Shown here: in pieces, positions 37,523 through 48,994 of the stretch
Numbering within the stretch: the stretch's first letter is position 1
Layout: the number at the start of each line of letters is the position of its first letter
Notes under the pieces: model-generated
What the model saw: only the letters and a program-made list of their open reading frames with translations
Database searches by the model: none
Told to the model about the DNA's origin: nothing
Assembly (NCBI RefSeq): GCF_006345805.1
Contig: NC_043007.1
Span: forward strand, 55,304,001 to 55,368,000
DNA length: 64,000 nucleotides
Direction: 5' to 3'
Origin: Octopus sinensis
Taxonomy: Eukaryota
Made by a program: the position numbers and the translations under genes

Positions 37523-40500
37523 ATGATTAAGTTAGGTTGTATAAATGTGCGTGGAATGGGATCGAAATGGGAACAGGCTTGTTTTTGGGACGACCTCATT
37601 TCACATAGAATCGATGTAGCTATTGTTACCGAGTCCAAGATGAAAGGACCCCAAGCGTTCTCACCACTTCTCAATGGTTACGAGAAATTTATTTCTCCTA
37701 GCCGGGAGGGAGGTGCAGGCGTGGCAGTTCTTTTCAGGAAGAACTTGGACTTACAGGTAAGTACTGTCTTTCTGAACCCAGAAGGTAGGCTGGTTGTCCT
37801 AGATGTGACGCACGTGAGTAAGCAGTCCTTCAGGTTGGTGGCCGTCTACGCTCCTAATGGACGTGGGCAGACCGGTCTTTTTCGGGAACTGGAGCACTTT
37901 CTAGTGACGTCCAAAACGGTAGTCTTGGTAGGGGATTTCAACACCATTCTCGATGCGCGGGTGGATGGTGTAGGCTCGAGCGATAGGAAGGGGAATCCTG
38001 GCCTCAAGGCTCTACTGGCGAGCTTTAATCTAGTAAACCGTTTTCGACTGGATGAGCCGAACGTTCCACAGTGGACGTGGAGTAATAACGACGGCTCATG
38101 CAGATCGTACATAGATAGAGTATTTGTTAAGGAACGAGATAGGAATAGTGTTAGCTGTACACAATTCTCTGTTGTGCCTTACACGGATCCCAAACTTGTG
38201 ACGTGTGAGGTACAGGTAGATAAATGCCATAGACAAGGTCCCGGGTACTGGAAAATGAACAAGTCTATTTTGACTTGTGAAGCTTTCCGTACCCGGATTA
38301 AGGAATTAGTACAGAGGGCATTATGTGGCACCATCATTAATAATAGATGGTGGCTCGACCTCAAAAGAGCCATCCGTTTGGAGTCCATTAGATTTAGCAA
38401 GCAGCTAAGTTTAGATAGGACTAGAATAGAGAGCGAATTAGTTAAGAACTTAGACGAGGCTATGGAATCTGGCTGTGCATCCGGAGTGTTGGCAGCGAGA
38501 GCGGTATTGTACCGTCACCTCAACGCCAAGCACGAGGGGTGCAGAGTCAGAGCTAAGTTACGTGCAGGAAAACGAGAAGGTATTAACGTTGCCGGATGGG
38601 CCCGTCGTGAGGAGAGTCAGAAGGGCAAAAAGTCCTGTATTATGTCCTTAACTAACGAGCAGGACCGCAAGATCTATGGACAGGAGGAGATGCAGAAGGT
38701 CCTTCACCAGCATTTCGCTCGGCTGTTTGGGGGCGGTGGTCCGCTCGAGCGTGGGGAGACCTTAAAGGACTTCCTAGCTGGTGGGCCTCGGCTCTCGGCA
38801 GGTGAGGCGGAGTGCTGTGAAGGATCGATCTCTCCCGCGGAGGTAAGAGGGGTTATGGCCGAGTGCGCCGGGGAAAAGTCGCTGGGGTTGGATGGTCTGC
38901 CCTATGAATTTTATTGTTGTATGCCGGACTTGTTCGGGGACATACTGGCAAGCGTCTATGCAAACTGGCAATAGAATGGGAGGATTCCCAGCTCTGTGAG
39001 TCGGGGAGTTGTGACGCTTGTCCAGAAAGACCCGAGCAAGGGGGACAGTATTAGTAATTATAGGCCCATAACTCTACTTAATGTAGAGTTTAAGATTTTG
39101 GCCAAGGTGTTAGCAAAAAGGCTGACGGCTGTCGTGGAGAAACTTGTCGTGAAGGCACAGACATGTGCAATCCCAGGCAGGTCGATCCAGGATAATCTTC
39201 ACCTTCTCCGCTACACTATAGATAGGGTCGGGAAATTAGACGGCAAAGGAGGGGCATTGGTCCATTTAGACCAAAGTAAAGCGTTTGATAGGGTAGACCA
39301 TCGGTACTTGGCGGCGGTCCTCGAAGCGGCTGGGCTGGGCCCTGGCTTCTGCGGGTGGATCTCAGCTATGTACAGCGGCATCAAGTCCACAGTCCAGATA
39401 AACGGTTACCTAACGGAGCCGTTTTCGATCAAGCGTTCAATTCGTCAAGGGTGTCCCTTGTCCCCGCTCCTGTATGTTTTGGCTCTTGAGCCATTGCTGC
39501 GGAAGCTAGAGAATCTGGGAGGCAACCCTAATGAAATCGGATGCGGTAAGTCTGTTTCTGCCTATGCGGATGACGTCACCCGCATCGTGTCCAACGGAAC
39601 ACAGCTACCTCGGGTAGCAGGTGCTCTCCATAGATACGAAGCGGTGGCAGGGGCAAAAGTTAACAGGGACAAGTCCATCGGTTTGCGCCTCGGCACCTGG
39701 AGGAACAAGCCGATACCATCCAGTGTTGTTGGACACTGGACGGATGGTCCTGTTAAATTCCTCGGAGTCTGGTTTGGTCCAGACTCCCAGACGGAGAAGA
39801 ATTGGAGCGAGGTAACGAGCAAGGTGGATGTCATAGTACGGAAGTGGTCCGGAAGGCATCTTTCCTTGAAAGGAAGGGCGGAGGTGACAGATGTTTATAG
39901 CCTCTGTCGTCACCTACCGCCTGACCGTCGTGCCTTGCCCCGATTCGTGGTTAAACAAGTTGGAACGACTCCTTTTCCGCTTTTTGTGGAAAGGAGGAAA
40001 GCCTCTTGTGAGACGCTCCGTGTGTTGCCAGCAACCGCTAAAGGGTGGACTGGGGATGCCTTGGCTAATGATGCGCAAGCATGCGTTGAGGCTGAGACAC
40101 CTCTGGTGTTACCTGGAGGATGATAAGGTGTGGAGTTCGCTGGCAGAGGAATTCTTTCCGCGACCGGCCTCTATGGAGGGATTTACACCCGGTCTCATTA
40201 AAGGATGTAACCTGACTTCAGGGCAGAAGGAGTGCCGACAGGCACTCTGGCCGATCCACAAGATGGGCAAGGCCGGCAGCGGGAATACCACCTCGGTGTT
40301 CTATAAAGGGCTGGTAGAGGGAAAAAATGACGAAGTCCTAGGAAGGGCTCTGGGATTCGATGAGGATCAACTTTCCAACCTGTTTAAGAAGACTTTCAGG
40401 TCGGGGTATTTGGATAATTACCCAAAATCCCTGACCTGGCAGTGCTATAGGAATGCATTACCTGTTCGCGAGAAGTTATCCAGGCACGGAATGTTAGTGC

Positions 40501-40910
40501 CACCGACGTGTCCAAGATGTGGGTTGGACGATGAAACCGTTCAACACGCTTTTGTACAATGTCGGGAGCTGTCAGGCTTGATAAGTTACGTTGAACACGT
40601 GTTGTCGCATCTGGGACGTGTACAGCTGTCGGCTGGATCCATGATTAAGATGATACCGCCAACTGGACTCTCAAAGGAAGGTAAGGCTTGTTTTTACTGT
40701 ACGGTGGCAGTATTGAAAGAGTGTGTATGGAGAACTAGAATGGAAGGTCTAGTGAAAGGGTCCTTTATCTCTGGCCTCGGTTTGTTAAAATACTTTGGAT
40801 ATCATCTGAAGAGCAAGATGGGGTTGGAGAAGAGGAGCCTGCCACAGAAAGAGTATATGGAACGTTGGAAGGATGTGATGAGAAAGGTGGGTGAGAGTAA
40901 TCCAGCTTAA
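37523..40910 (+). pseudogene. LINE ORF2 (AP endonuclease, reverse transcriptase, zf-RVT) with one in-frame stop (38972-38974) and one frameshift (~39895)
   Basis: CINVRG, VTESK, VYAPN, VGDFN, SYIDRVF, YRPITLLNVEFKILAKVLAKRL, LDQSKAFDRVDH, RQGCPLSPLL, YADD, CPRCG..ETVQHAF. Confidence 0.95.
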
Positions 40911-41264
40911 TCATCGAGGAAAGGAAAAAGCAGCTGCTGGGACTTATAGGCTGCCGGGTTCAAAATTGAAACTGGTACCTCCCATCCCCTTTCACTGTAC
41001 ATAACTGTTTAAAATAAAGTAATAATAATAAAAAAAAGAAAACATACGCACTAAAAGTTCTCGTGATAAAGGCAAAAGTAAGCCAAGTTTTCGTTTCAAG
41101 GCAAAGTAAGCCAAGTTTTCGTTCAAGTTACGTAAAATTTTATTTTTGTAATTTTTATAATTTCATTCGAACTCGCATAGCATTTTTGTAATTGTTTTGT
41201 CCTGTAATGTCCCAATTCTATGTTAGATCACTTGATCATAATAAAGATAAATTCATCGTAAACC

Positions 41265-41325
41265 GGTGATTGTCGTGCGCTGATGATGGGTCAATACCCA
41301 GAAACTGCAGTCCGTGCGTATCACT
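41265..41325 (+). ncRNA. Type I hammerhead ribozyme (GUC cleavage triplet, cut after 41312)
   Basis: GUGAU-ugu-CGUGCG CUGAUGA UGGG-ucaaua-CCCA GAAAC ugca GUC CGUGCG-u-AUCAC; compensatory changes versus 1162-1222. Confidence 0.9.
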
Positions 41326-41533
41326 TAGGTTGACGAGGGAAGGATGACCTCCCTTTGCAAATACCGATAGGGCACAGAAAGTGTGCCTATAGCCAGCTGG
41401 AGGAGATGTTCTCCTGGGGCTACAAGCTACAGTAACACCCACCCTTAGTGGTTAGCCATATTGAGATGGCAAATATACCTCACATCGTTGTGCAGTTACT
41501 GTTTATACCTCGTTCAAAGATTTATTATTGCTT

Positions 41534-41995
41534 ATATGTACATACTTCTATATGTATTTACATATGCATATGTGGGCACAGGATGTCACGGAACATAAAC
41601 AACATAAAAAACCGAAAGCATGAGATACGAAATACGAATACATGGAATATGAACTGTTTTTGCAACAACGAAAGAAACAAATGGAAAAGAAAACAAGTGT
41701 TTTTCTTAATAGGGTTTAGAAAAATAGCCGACAACTGATGAAGTGTCGTCCGTTATATTACTTGTTTTCTTTTCCATTTGTTTCTTTCGTTGTTGCAAGA
41801 CAAAGTTCATATTCCATGTTTTCGTATTTCGTATCTCATGTTTACGTTTTTTCTATTGTCTACGTTCCGTAACGTCCTGTGCCCACATATGCATATGTAT
41901 ATACGTATAGATGTAAGTATGTACATATATGTATGTATATATGCATATATGTATTATTTATATTATTATATGATTGAACGCAACGTATCTTTTTC
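41534..41995. repeat. 'Z' repeat in fold-back form (41534-41698 inverted against ~41760-41930)
   Basis: catatgcatatgtgggcacagga...ggaaaagaaaacaagt versus acttgttttcttttcc...tcctgtgcccacatatgcatatg. Confidence 0.75.
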
Positions 41996-42001
41996 AAGTA
42001 A

Positions 42002-42056
<55 letters not shown>

Positions 42057-42969
42057 TGTATGAATATGTCTATAAATACTATAAATATAGATAAAAATGG
42101 AAGATAGGCAAGCAAAGCATTTGACATTACTCTAGGATATTTACTGCATAACATTGAGCACAAATAAAGTATAAATAAGTTATAGAACATTTATGGTAGA
42201 TAAGAGACTTTACTTATCTACCATAACTGAATATATACAGGTTTGGCCAAAAGTCACCTGAGAGTAAATCAAAATTCCATAAATACTTTATATTTAACTT
42301 TATTTATTCATTCCAATTATGAATGTTTCATAGCTGAATGCTGTGGGTTTAAATCACAGTTTTTTTCCAGCATTTGTCTATTAGCGAAGTCTCATATAAA
42401 ATAAACTATCATGCGTGTACTTGTATCGTATCATGATTGATAAATAAATATTAAGCATATCAACAATAATCTAGCACTTGACATGGATTTGTAGAGTCAT
42501 ACATTTTTATTTGTGAAGCAGATCGTATTAATTTATTATGCCAGCTGCTGTTAGTTTCGATGTCTCGATCTTCAAGCCCTGTTTTTCTCTAAATGGTATA
42601 CAAACGAGAAATACTTTGATAAGATAGGTTTTCAAACTAACACTTCTGTCAAGACGAATGATTCGTCTTCAGCTATTGTGCTCTAAGCATGATATTGCAG
42701 TCGCTGTCAAAAAAAATGATATAATTGCTTGAAGTTGATGGGAAACAGAAAAAAATCAAGGGTGATCGAGAGAGATTACCTCAGTCGTTGCGTGAGTTCA
42801 GTGTGGGAAAGAGGGAATAAGTGTAAGATTGAAACAATGGATATATTAGACGAATGACAGAATCGTTGTGAAAAGAAGGAGTAAAGAAAGTTTGACGTGA
42901 AGCAATATTCAGCGTTTGGTATTTATGTGGCGCTAGAGTAAAGGAGGTCTTTTTCTAGCTGCGTATAAT

Positions 42970-43012
<43 letters not shown>

Positions 43013-43015
<3 letters not shown>

Positions 43016-43960
43016 CTTCAAAAGGAAGGTAGAAGAGGGTTGATATCAGTAGAAGACTGTATGGAGTTAGCTAGTATCCTATGTAAGTAATTGCGACGAA
43101 AGTTTATTTAGAGCTGCTAGAGTCACAGCAAGACATAGAGAAACCAAATAGCCAAGCGAAGTTAAAAACCAGAAAAAAGAACAAAAGTTATCTGACTGGC
43201 AGAAGAAGGCTTTGCATGGTAGGTTCCCAAAGGTAGTTGCGGCAAATAGTAGTAGTGAGACATGGTTATAGCTGCAGAAAGGAAGGTTGAAAAGAGAGCC
43301 AGAAAGTTTACATGTACCAGCTCAAGCTCAAGCCTTAAGGACTAATTGGATAATAGCCAAGATAGACAAAAACCAAATAGATTCCCAATGTAGGTTATGC
43401 AAATTAAGAGGAAAGTGTTACGCATATAGTAAGTGAATGTAACACGCTGGCACAGAAAGGATACAAGAAATGATATGACAACCTAGGGAGGGTAATCCAC
43501 TGGGAGTTATGTAGAAAGCTAGGATTTGACCATACTGATAAATGGTATGAACATGAGCCCAGTAAAGTACTAGAAAGTAAGAAATATAAGATGCTGTGGG
43601 ACTTAAACAGACAAAGTAATAGAAGCTAGAAGGCCTGATTTAGTAGTAGTAGATAAAGAGAATATATAACGTGTCACATAATTGACTTTACAGTTCCAAA
43701 TGATGAAAAAATCAATATAAAAGGTATAGAAAGAATAACAAAGTACCTGGATCTATCCATTACAGAGACTATGGAAAGTGCATGTAGAATGTATTTCAGT
43801 AGTTATGGGTGCATTAGGAAATATCCGTAAATATTTGAACAGATGGATAGAGGAAATAGGCATAAATCCCAGTTTAGTACAGGTCCAGAAAACATTGTTA
43901 TTAGTGACAGCTAGGAGACTTAGGAGGGTTCTTAGCATCTAAGGTTACTTGTTGTATTCC
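43013..43960 (+). mobile_element. 5'-truncated R4/Dong-like RLE LINE, 3' end, lying between (TAA)n-type tracts
   Basis: GRRGLISVEDC, LHGRF, CRLC...HIVSEC, IHWELC, KWYEHEP, RRPDLVVVDK, IIDFTVPND and GALGN in broken frames. Confidence 0.85.
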
Positions 43961-43997
43961 GATGTTAGTTTTTCTTTTCCAACAGTTGTGTGTATAT

Positions 43998-44017
43998 GAA
44001 TGATAATAATAATGATG

Positions 44018-44094
<77 letters not shown>

Positions 44095-44113
44095 AATAAT
44101 AATAATAATAATA

Positions 44114-44172
<59 letters not shown>
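43998..44172. repeat. Compound (AAT)n/(GAT)n microsatellite
   Basis: Direct inspection. Confidence 0.95.
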
Positions 44173-44175
<3 letters not shown>

Positions 44176-44179
44176 AATC

Positions 44180-44735
44180 TATTATAAAATAGCCACCATA
44201 AGCCTGCAAAAATACCTGCTTCAGAAGCGAGGAAAACTAATAGTCATGGATTATCTTGAAATTAGTCTTTATCGTAAGGTTCTAGAAAAATACGGCAGCC
44301 CATTCTCCCTCTACATAGAAAATAACTGGAAGAGATACCTGGATGACTGTTTCATTCTTTGGCATGAAAATATAGAGAAACTTAGAGAATTCCGAGCACT
44401 TTTAAATGGATTTGACGTAAACATTCAATTCACGATGGAATATGGCTAACAACAACTTCCCTTCCTCGACATCCTCATTAACAAATCTAACAACGTGATA
44501 GAAACAGATATATACTATAAGCCTACGGACTCCAAGCAATATCTACCGTTCACCTCATGCCACTCCAGACACACCAGAATGAATATCCCCTTGAACCTGG
44601 CAAAAAGGATATGTACTATAGTTTCTAATGCAAACACAAGAGACACACGACTACATGAACTAAAGGATACACTCATCACCATGAACTACCCACCTTCACT
44701 AATTGACATATGCTTTCAACATGCCCTTTAACTAA
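44180..44735 (+). mobile_element. Penelope-like RT C-terminal fragment (same family as 18278-18925)
   Basis: WKRYLDDCFILW, NIQFTME, LPFLDI, DIYYKPTDSKQYLPF. Confidence 0.85.
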
Positions 44736-45179
44736 ACGCATACTTACACGCATACTCTTTTCACACTTCTAACACTCTCTTCACATTCTTCCTTTTTTTC
44801 TTTTACTCGCATATGCTGTCATCTCACTTCTACGCTTTCATCACACACATTACGATTACACATACACAACAACCACCCACACTTCCACTATCCCATGCCA
44901 ATAGACTACCACACTTGCACACCTCTACACACACACACATACAAACATAAGTACTCATCTCTCCGTGAGGATGTAATGGGCATATTCACTAATGGGCATA
45001 TTCACCTTCCCAGGTGTCGAAACAATAATGATATCCATTAGGCTGCTGAAGATGGGATATATCTACATTTGATGCACTTGTTGACTGTAAATCTTTTGTA
45101 TCATGTATTCTCTTAGCTCTAAGTTGTCCTTCATTAAATTCTACTTCCTGAAGGGTTAAAGTTGTTTAAGGTTATTAGT

Positions 45180-45620
45180 CCTCGGATGTTTTGTTACATA
45201 TATGACCATCATATATGAAGCTACCGTAAACTCTATAACCACTAAAGACACCGTTTCGACGAAGAAATACGTGGGCCTTACAGAGGGTAATTTCAAGGCC
45301 AGGTTCAATAACCACACTTTGAGCTTTAGGCACTGGAATAAAAGAAAAGCGACACAATTATCCAATCATATTTGGTCTTTAAGAGATAAAGGTGTCGATT
45401 ATAACATACAATGGAAGATTTTGGCCAGATGTAAGCCCTATACTAACGGCAGCGGAAGGTGCGGTCTATGCGACATGGAGAGATGGCTTATCTGGAAAAG
45501 CAGCTTAGACCCTACTACATGTCTAAATACAAGGACAGAGCTTTTCGGATCATGCCCACATGTGACTAAATTTCTGTTACGTTTTTGGTCCCCTAAAGAA
45601 AACAGATAGAACATGCTTTC
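45180..45620 (+). mobile_element. Penelope-like C-terminal GIY-YIG endonuclease fragment from a different PLE lineage
   Basis: ORF 45202..45609: IIYEATV...KKYVGLTEGNFKARFNNH...CGLCDME...LNTRTELFGSCPH. Confidence 0.8.
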
Positions 45621-46077
45621 TGTGTTATGTTCCAAGAAGAATTTATATATTTTTATATATTTTTTATGTATTTTTATATAATTTTTATGACGAAAAATGC
45701 GAGCGATGTATAAGTACGCAGGCAAGCAGAGTTATAACTAGTAATTTCCCTTTATTTTAACGGTATTTTTTCATAACGTTTTCAAATAGCCAGATAACCG
45801 AAGAGATGGTGTTGTGGATTTCCACTTTGGCATCTGAAACTCAGAGTTTTATCTTGACTACCGAGTAATGTAACATATTGTATATATATATATATATAAA
45901 CCCTAGACTTGGAGTTAGAAAACCATTTACACACAACTACCCATAAATACATACATACATCCACCACTATAGCTGCTGACCTCTCACTACCATATTAACA
46001 GACACACACATAGGTCATTCACATAAACACACGTAAACAGTTAATACCACACACAAACACACCCACCCACCTGTAGG

Positions 46078-47746
46078 TGGTATCCGGCGAGTTTGTCTAA
46101 AACACAATTTTACTAAAAAATAAAAATTGTCCCTTTTCTGATGAATTCGTAGGAAATGGAAAGAAATAGTTGTTTACTCATGCTATTAAGTATAGATAGT
46201 TGTTCCGATAATGTGGAATAAAACTAGTTATTTACTATTATGTGGAATAAAACTATTTGTTTACTAAAAAACCCAGTTGTTTCCTAAAAGAATTTGTTTT
46301 TTGAATTTTTCATAGTGAAAAGACCTATAGCCAAAGATGTTTGCTGAATTTACTGAATCAGAAAAGGTCGTATGAAGTTGGTTGATAATGGACATACATA
46401 CTATAAGAATGGTGAAAATGGTGAACATGTTTATTGGAAGAGCGAAAAATATCCGAAAACAAAATGCCATGCTTGCATAATTACTATAAAGGATGAAACT
46501 GTGAAATCTTCCAACGACCATAATCATGTATTGGATGCTGCTGAAATTGTAGCAAAAGAAGCCGTTTCAAAAATACGTCAACTGGCTAAGTCAACACAAG
46601 ATGCACCCCATTCAGTTGTATCTAGTGTTCCCGATGATTGCGATCAAGCTGTTGGCTCCAAGCTACCAAAAATGCAAAGTATTAAGATCTATAAGGCAAC
46701 TAATCTTTACTGGACCGGCCCTACCATCAACTTGCAATGAAATAGTTTTCCCATCTGAGCTTACCAAATCTTTTAAAGGTGATCAATTTCTGCTTTATGA
46801 CTCAGGACCAGTTGAAAAGCGTATTGTGATATTTGCGACAAGACGTAATTTACAGTGTATATCCCTAAGCAGTCACTGGTATGCAGACGGTACATTTAAA
46901 ACAGTCCCTTTGTTATTTCACCAGTTATATACCCTATATGGATTAAAAAGGAAAGCTTCGCTGCCGCTCGTGTTTGCGTTATTGCCGGACAAACAGAAAA
47001 AACATATATAACGTTTTTGCATGAGATAAAGAATCTTGAACGATCATGTGCACCATTATCAAAACGATCGATTTTGAGAAAGCGATGATGAAAGCACTTT
47101 TGAAAGAATTTCCGAGTGCAGAAAAGAACAGTTGCTTTTTCCACTTCAGCCAATGTATCTTTCGTGTAATTTAAAGTAATGGTTTAAAACGAAATTATGA
47201 AACAGACCTTAATTTTGCTTTAGTGATGAGAATGCTATCAGCATTAGCATTTGCTCCAGTAGGTACACTAACAAGAGCATTTGAGTTATTATGTCATAAT
47301 AACACCTTCCCTGACGGAGCTCAAGAAATCATTGATTATTTCGAGGATACGTGAATTGGAAGGCCTAACAGAAGGAATGCACGACGTTCACCTCTCTTCC
47401 CACTAAGTATGTGGAATATGTATGTATTTAAGAGTTCTTGATAATTTGCTCAAAACAAATAACTCTCTCGAAGGATGGCATGAAGCATTCGAAAGCCAAG
47501 TTGGGTCTCATCCCATAACAGTTGGAAATTTAACTTTTTTACAAAAAGAACAAAATCTAAGCGAGATTCGGATTGAAGGGTATATTGCTGGAATAGAACC
47601 AGAGCGTCCAAAGAAGCGCTATCGAGATACTGCAAAACGAATAAAATGTCTTGTTCAAACTTTTGATCCACAAAATATTATTGATTACGTTCATGTTGAT
47701 TACTATATACATACATACATATTATGTATGTATATATATATATGTA

Positions 47747-47826
<80 letters not shown>

Positions 47827-48199
47827 TACATATATATATATACATAATATGTATGTATGTATATATGTATGCATATATATATATATATGCATACATATAT
47901 ACATACATACATATTATGTATGTATATAGTTAATAAAAAACCTTTCCTTTTAAGATTTAATAAGTCCTTTCAGTAAATACTGTCTTTTGTTTTTTATGCA
48001 TTTTGAATTAAAATAATCCTAATGTTTTTATAAATAGTTAACAACTAGATATAAACACGAATAATTACAAATTATGAAAAAAAATACGAATTCATCAAAA
48101 ATAAACAATTTTTACTTTTAGTCAGATTGTGTTTTAGACAAATTGCATTTGGATCAATTGTATTTTAGACAAATTGTTTTAGACAAAGTCGCCTAGACA
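46078..48199 (+). mobile_element. Degenerate Mutator/MULE DNA transposon (FLYWCH-like plus MULE transposase) with TIR remnants
   Basis: GHTYYK...VYWK..KCHA...HNH; WYADGTFKTVP..FHQLYT..G..LPLVFALLP; ggcgagtttgtctaaaa versus ttttagacaaagtcgcc. Confidence 0.85.
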
Positions 48200-48654
48200 C
48201 TGCTTCACACTCACACACAGTTACCACCACACGCACACACGCTACCACGAGCACATTTACTCAGTTACTGCCATACACACACACGCTACCATAGGCACAC
48301 ACGGTATCACACAAACACACATACCACTACCACAACACGCACACACACACGCACACATACGTAGTTACTGCCACAAACCCACGCTACCATACGCACGCAC
48401 ACACATCTACACATACACACAATTACCAACCATTCTTCATACTCTGCAGTCCCAGAAGGCACTTTCTCTTTGTCGATCTATTTCCGGTCATTCCAAAACG
48501 TAACTATACATAGACTGTTGGCGCTATTTTCTTTCCTTTTTCTTTTCGATTTTCTTATGCCACCTGTTTCCAAAGAAGAGGTTTGCTCGAAACGTAAAAC
48601 AACCACTCTTTCTCTATTTTCGTGGTATATACTTTGCATGTACTCATGTTGCTT

Positions 48655-48915
<261 letters not shown>

Positions 48916-48917
48916 TT

Positions 48918-48991
<74 letters not shown>

Positions 48992-48994
48992 CAT

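Larger units (their letters stand above)
35433..41533 (+). mobile_element. Near-full-length Tx1/L1-clade LINE with a terminal direct repeat, a 5' inverted arm and a 3' hammerhead ribozyme
   Basis: ORF1 (zinc knuckle) and ORF2 (APE-RT-zf-RVT); direct repeat 35539-35667 = 41405-41533 (3 mismatches in 129 bp); 92-bp inverted repeat 35433-35524/35568-35659. Confidence 0.92.

Noticed and set aside
45793-45852. gataa CCGAAGA ... GAAAC tcaga GTT ttatc downstream of the GIY-YIG ORF
   Set aside because: U4 is mutated, stem II is out of register and GUU/stem III is weak. It may be a dead PLE hammerhead but cannot be supported as a feature.
46138-46170. CTGATGA...GGAAA near the MULE left end
   Set aside because: No convincing stems or cleavage triplet.
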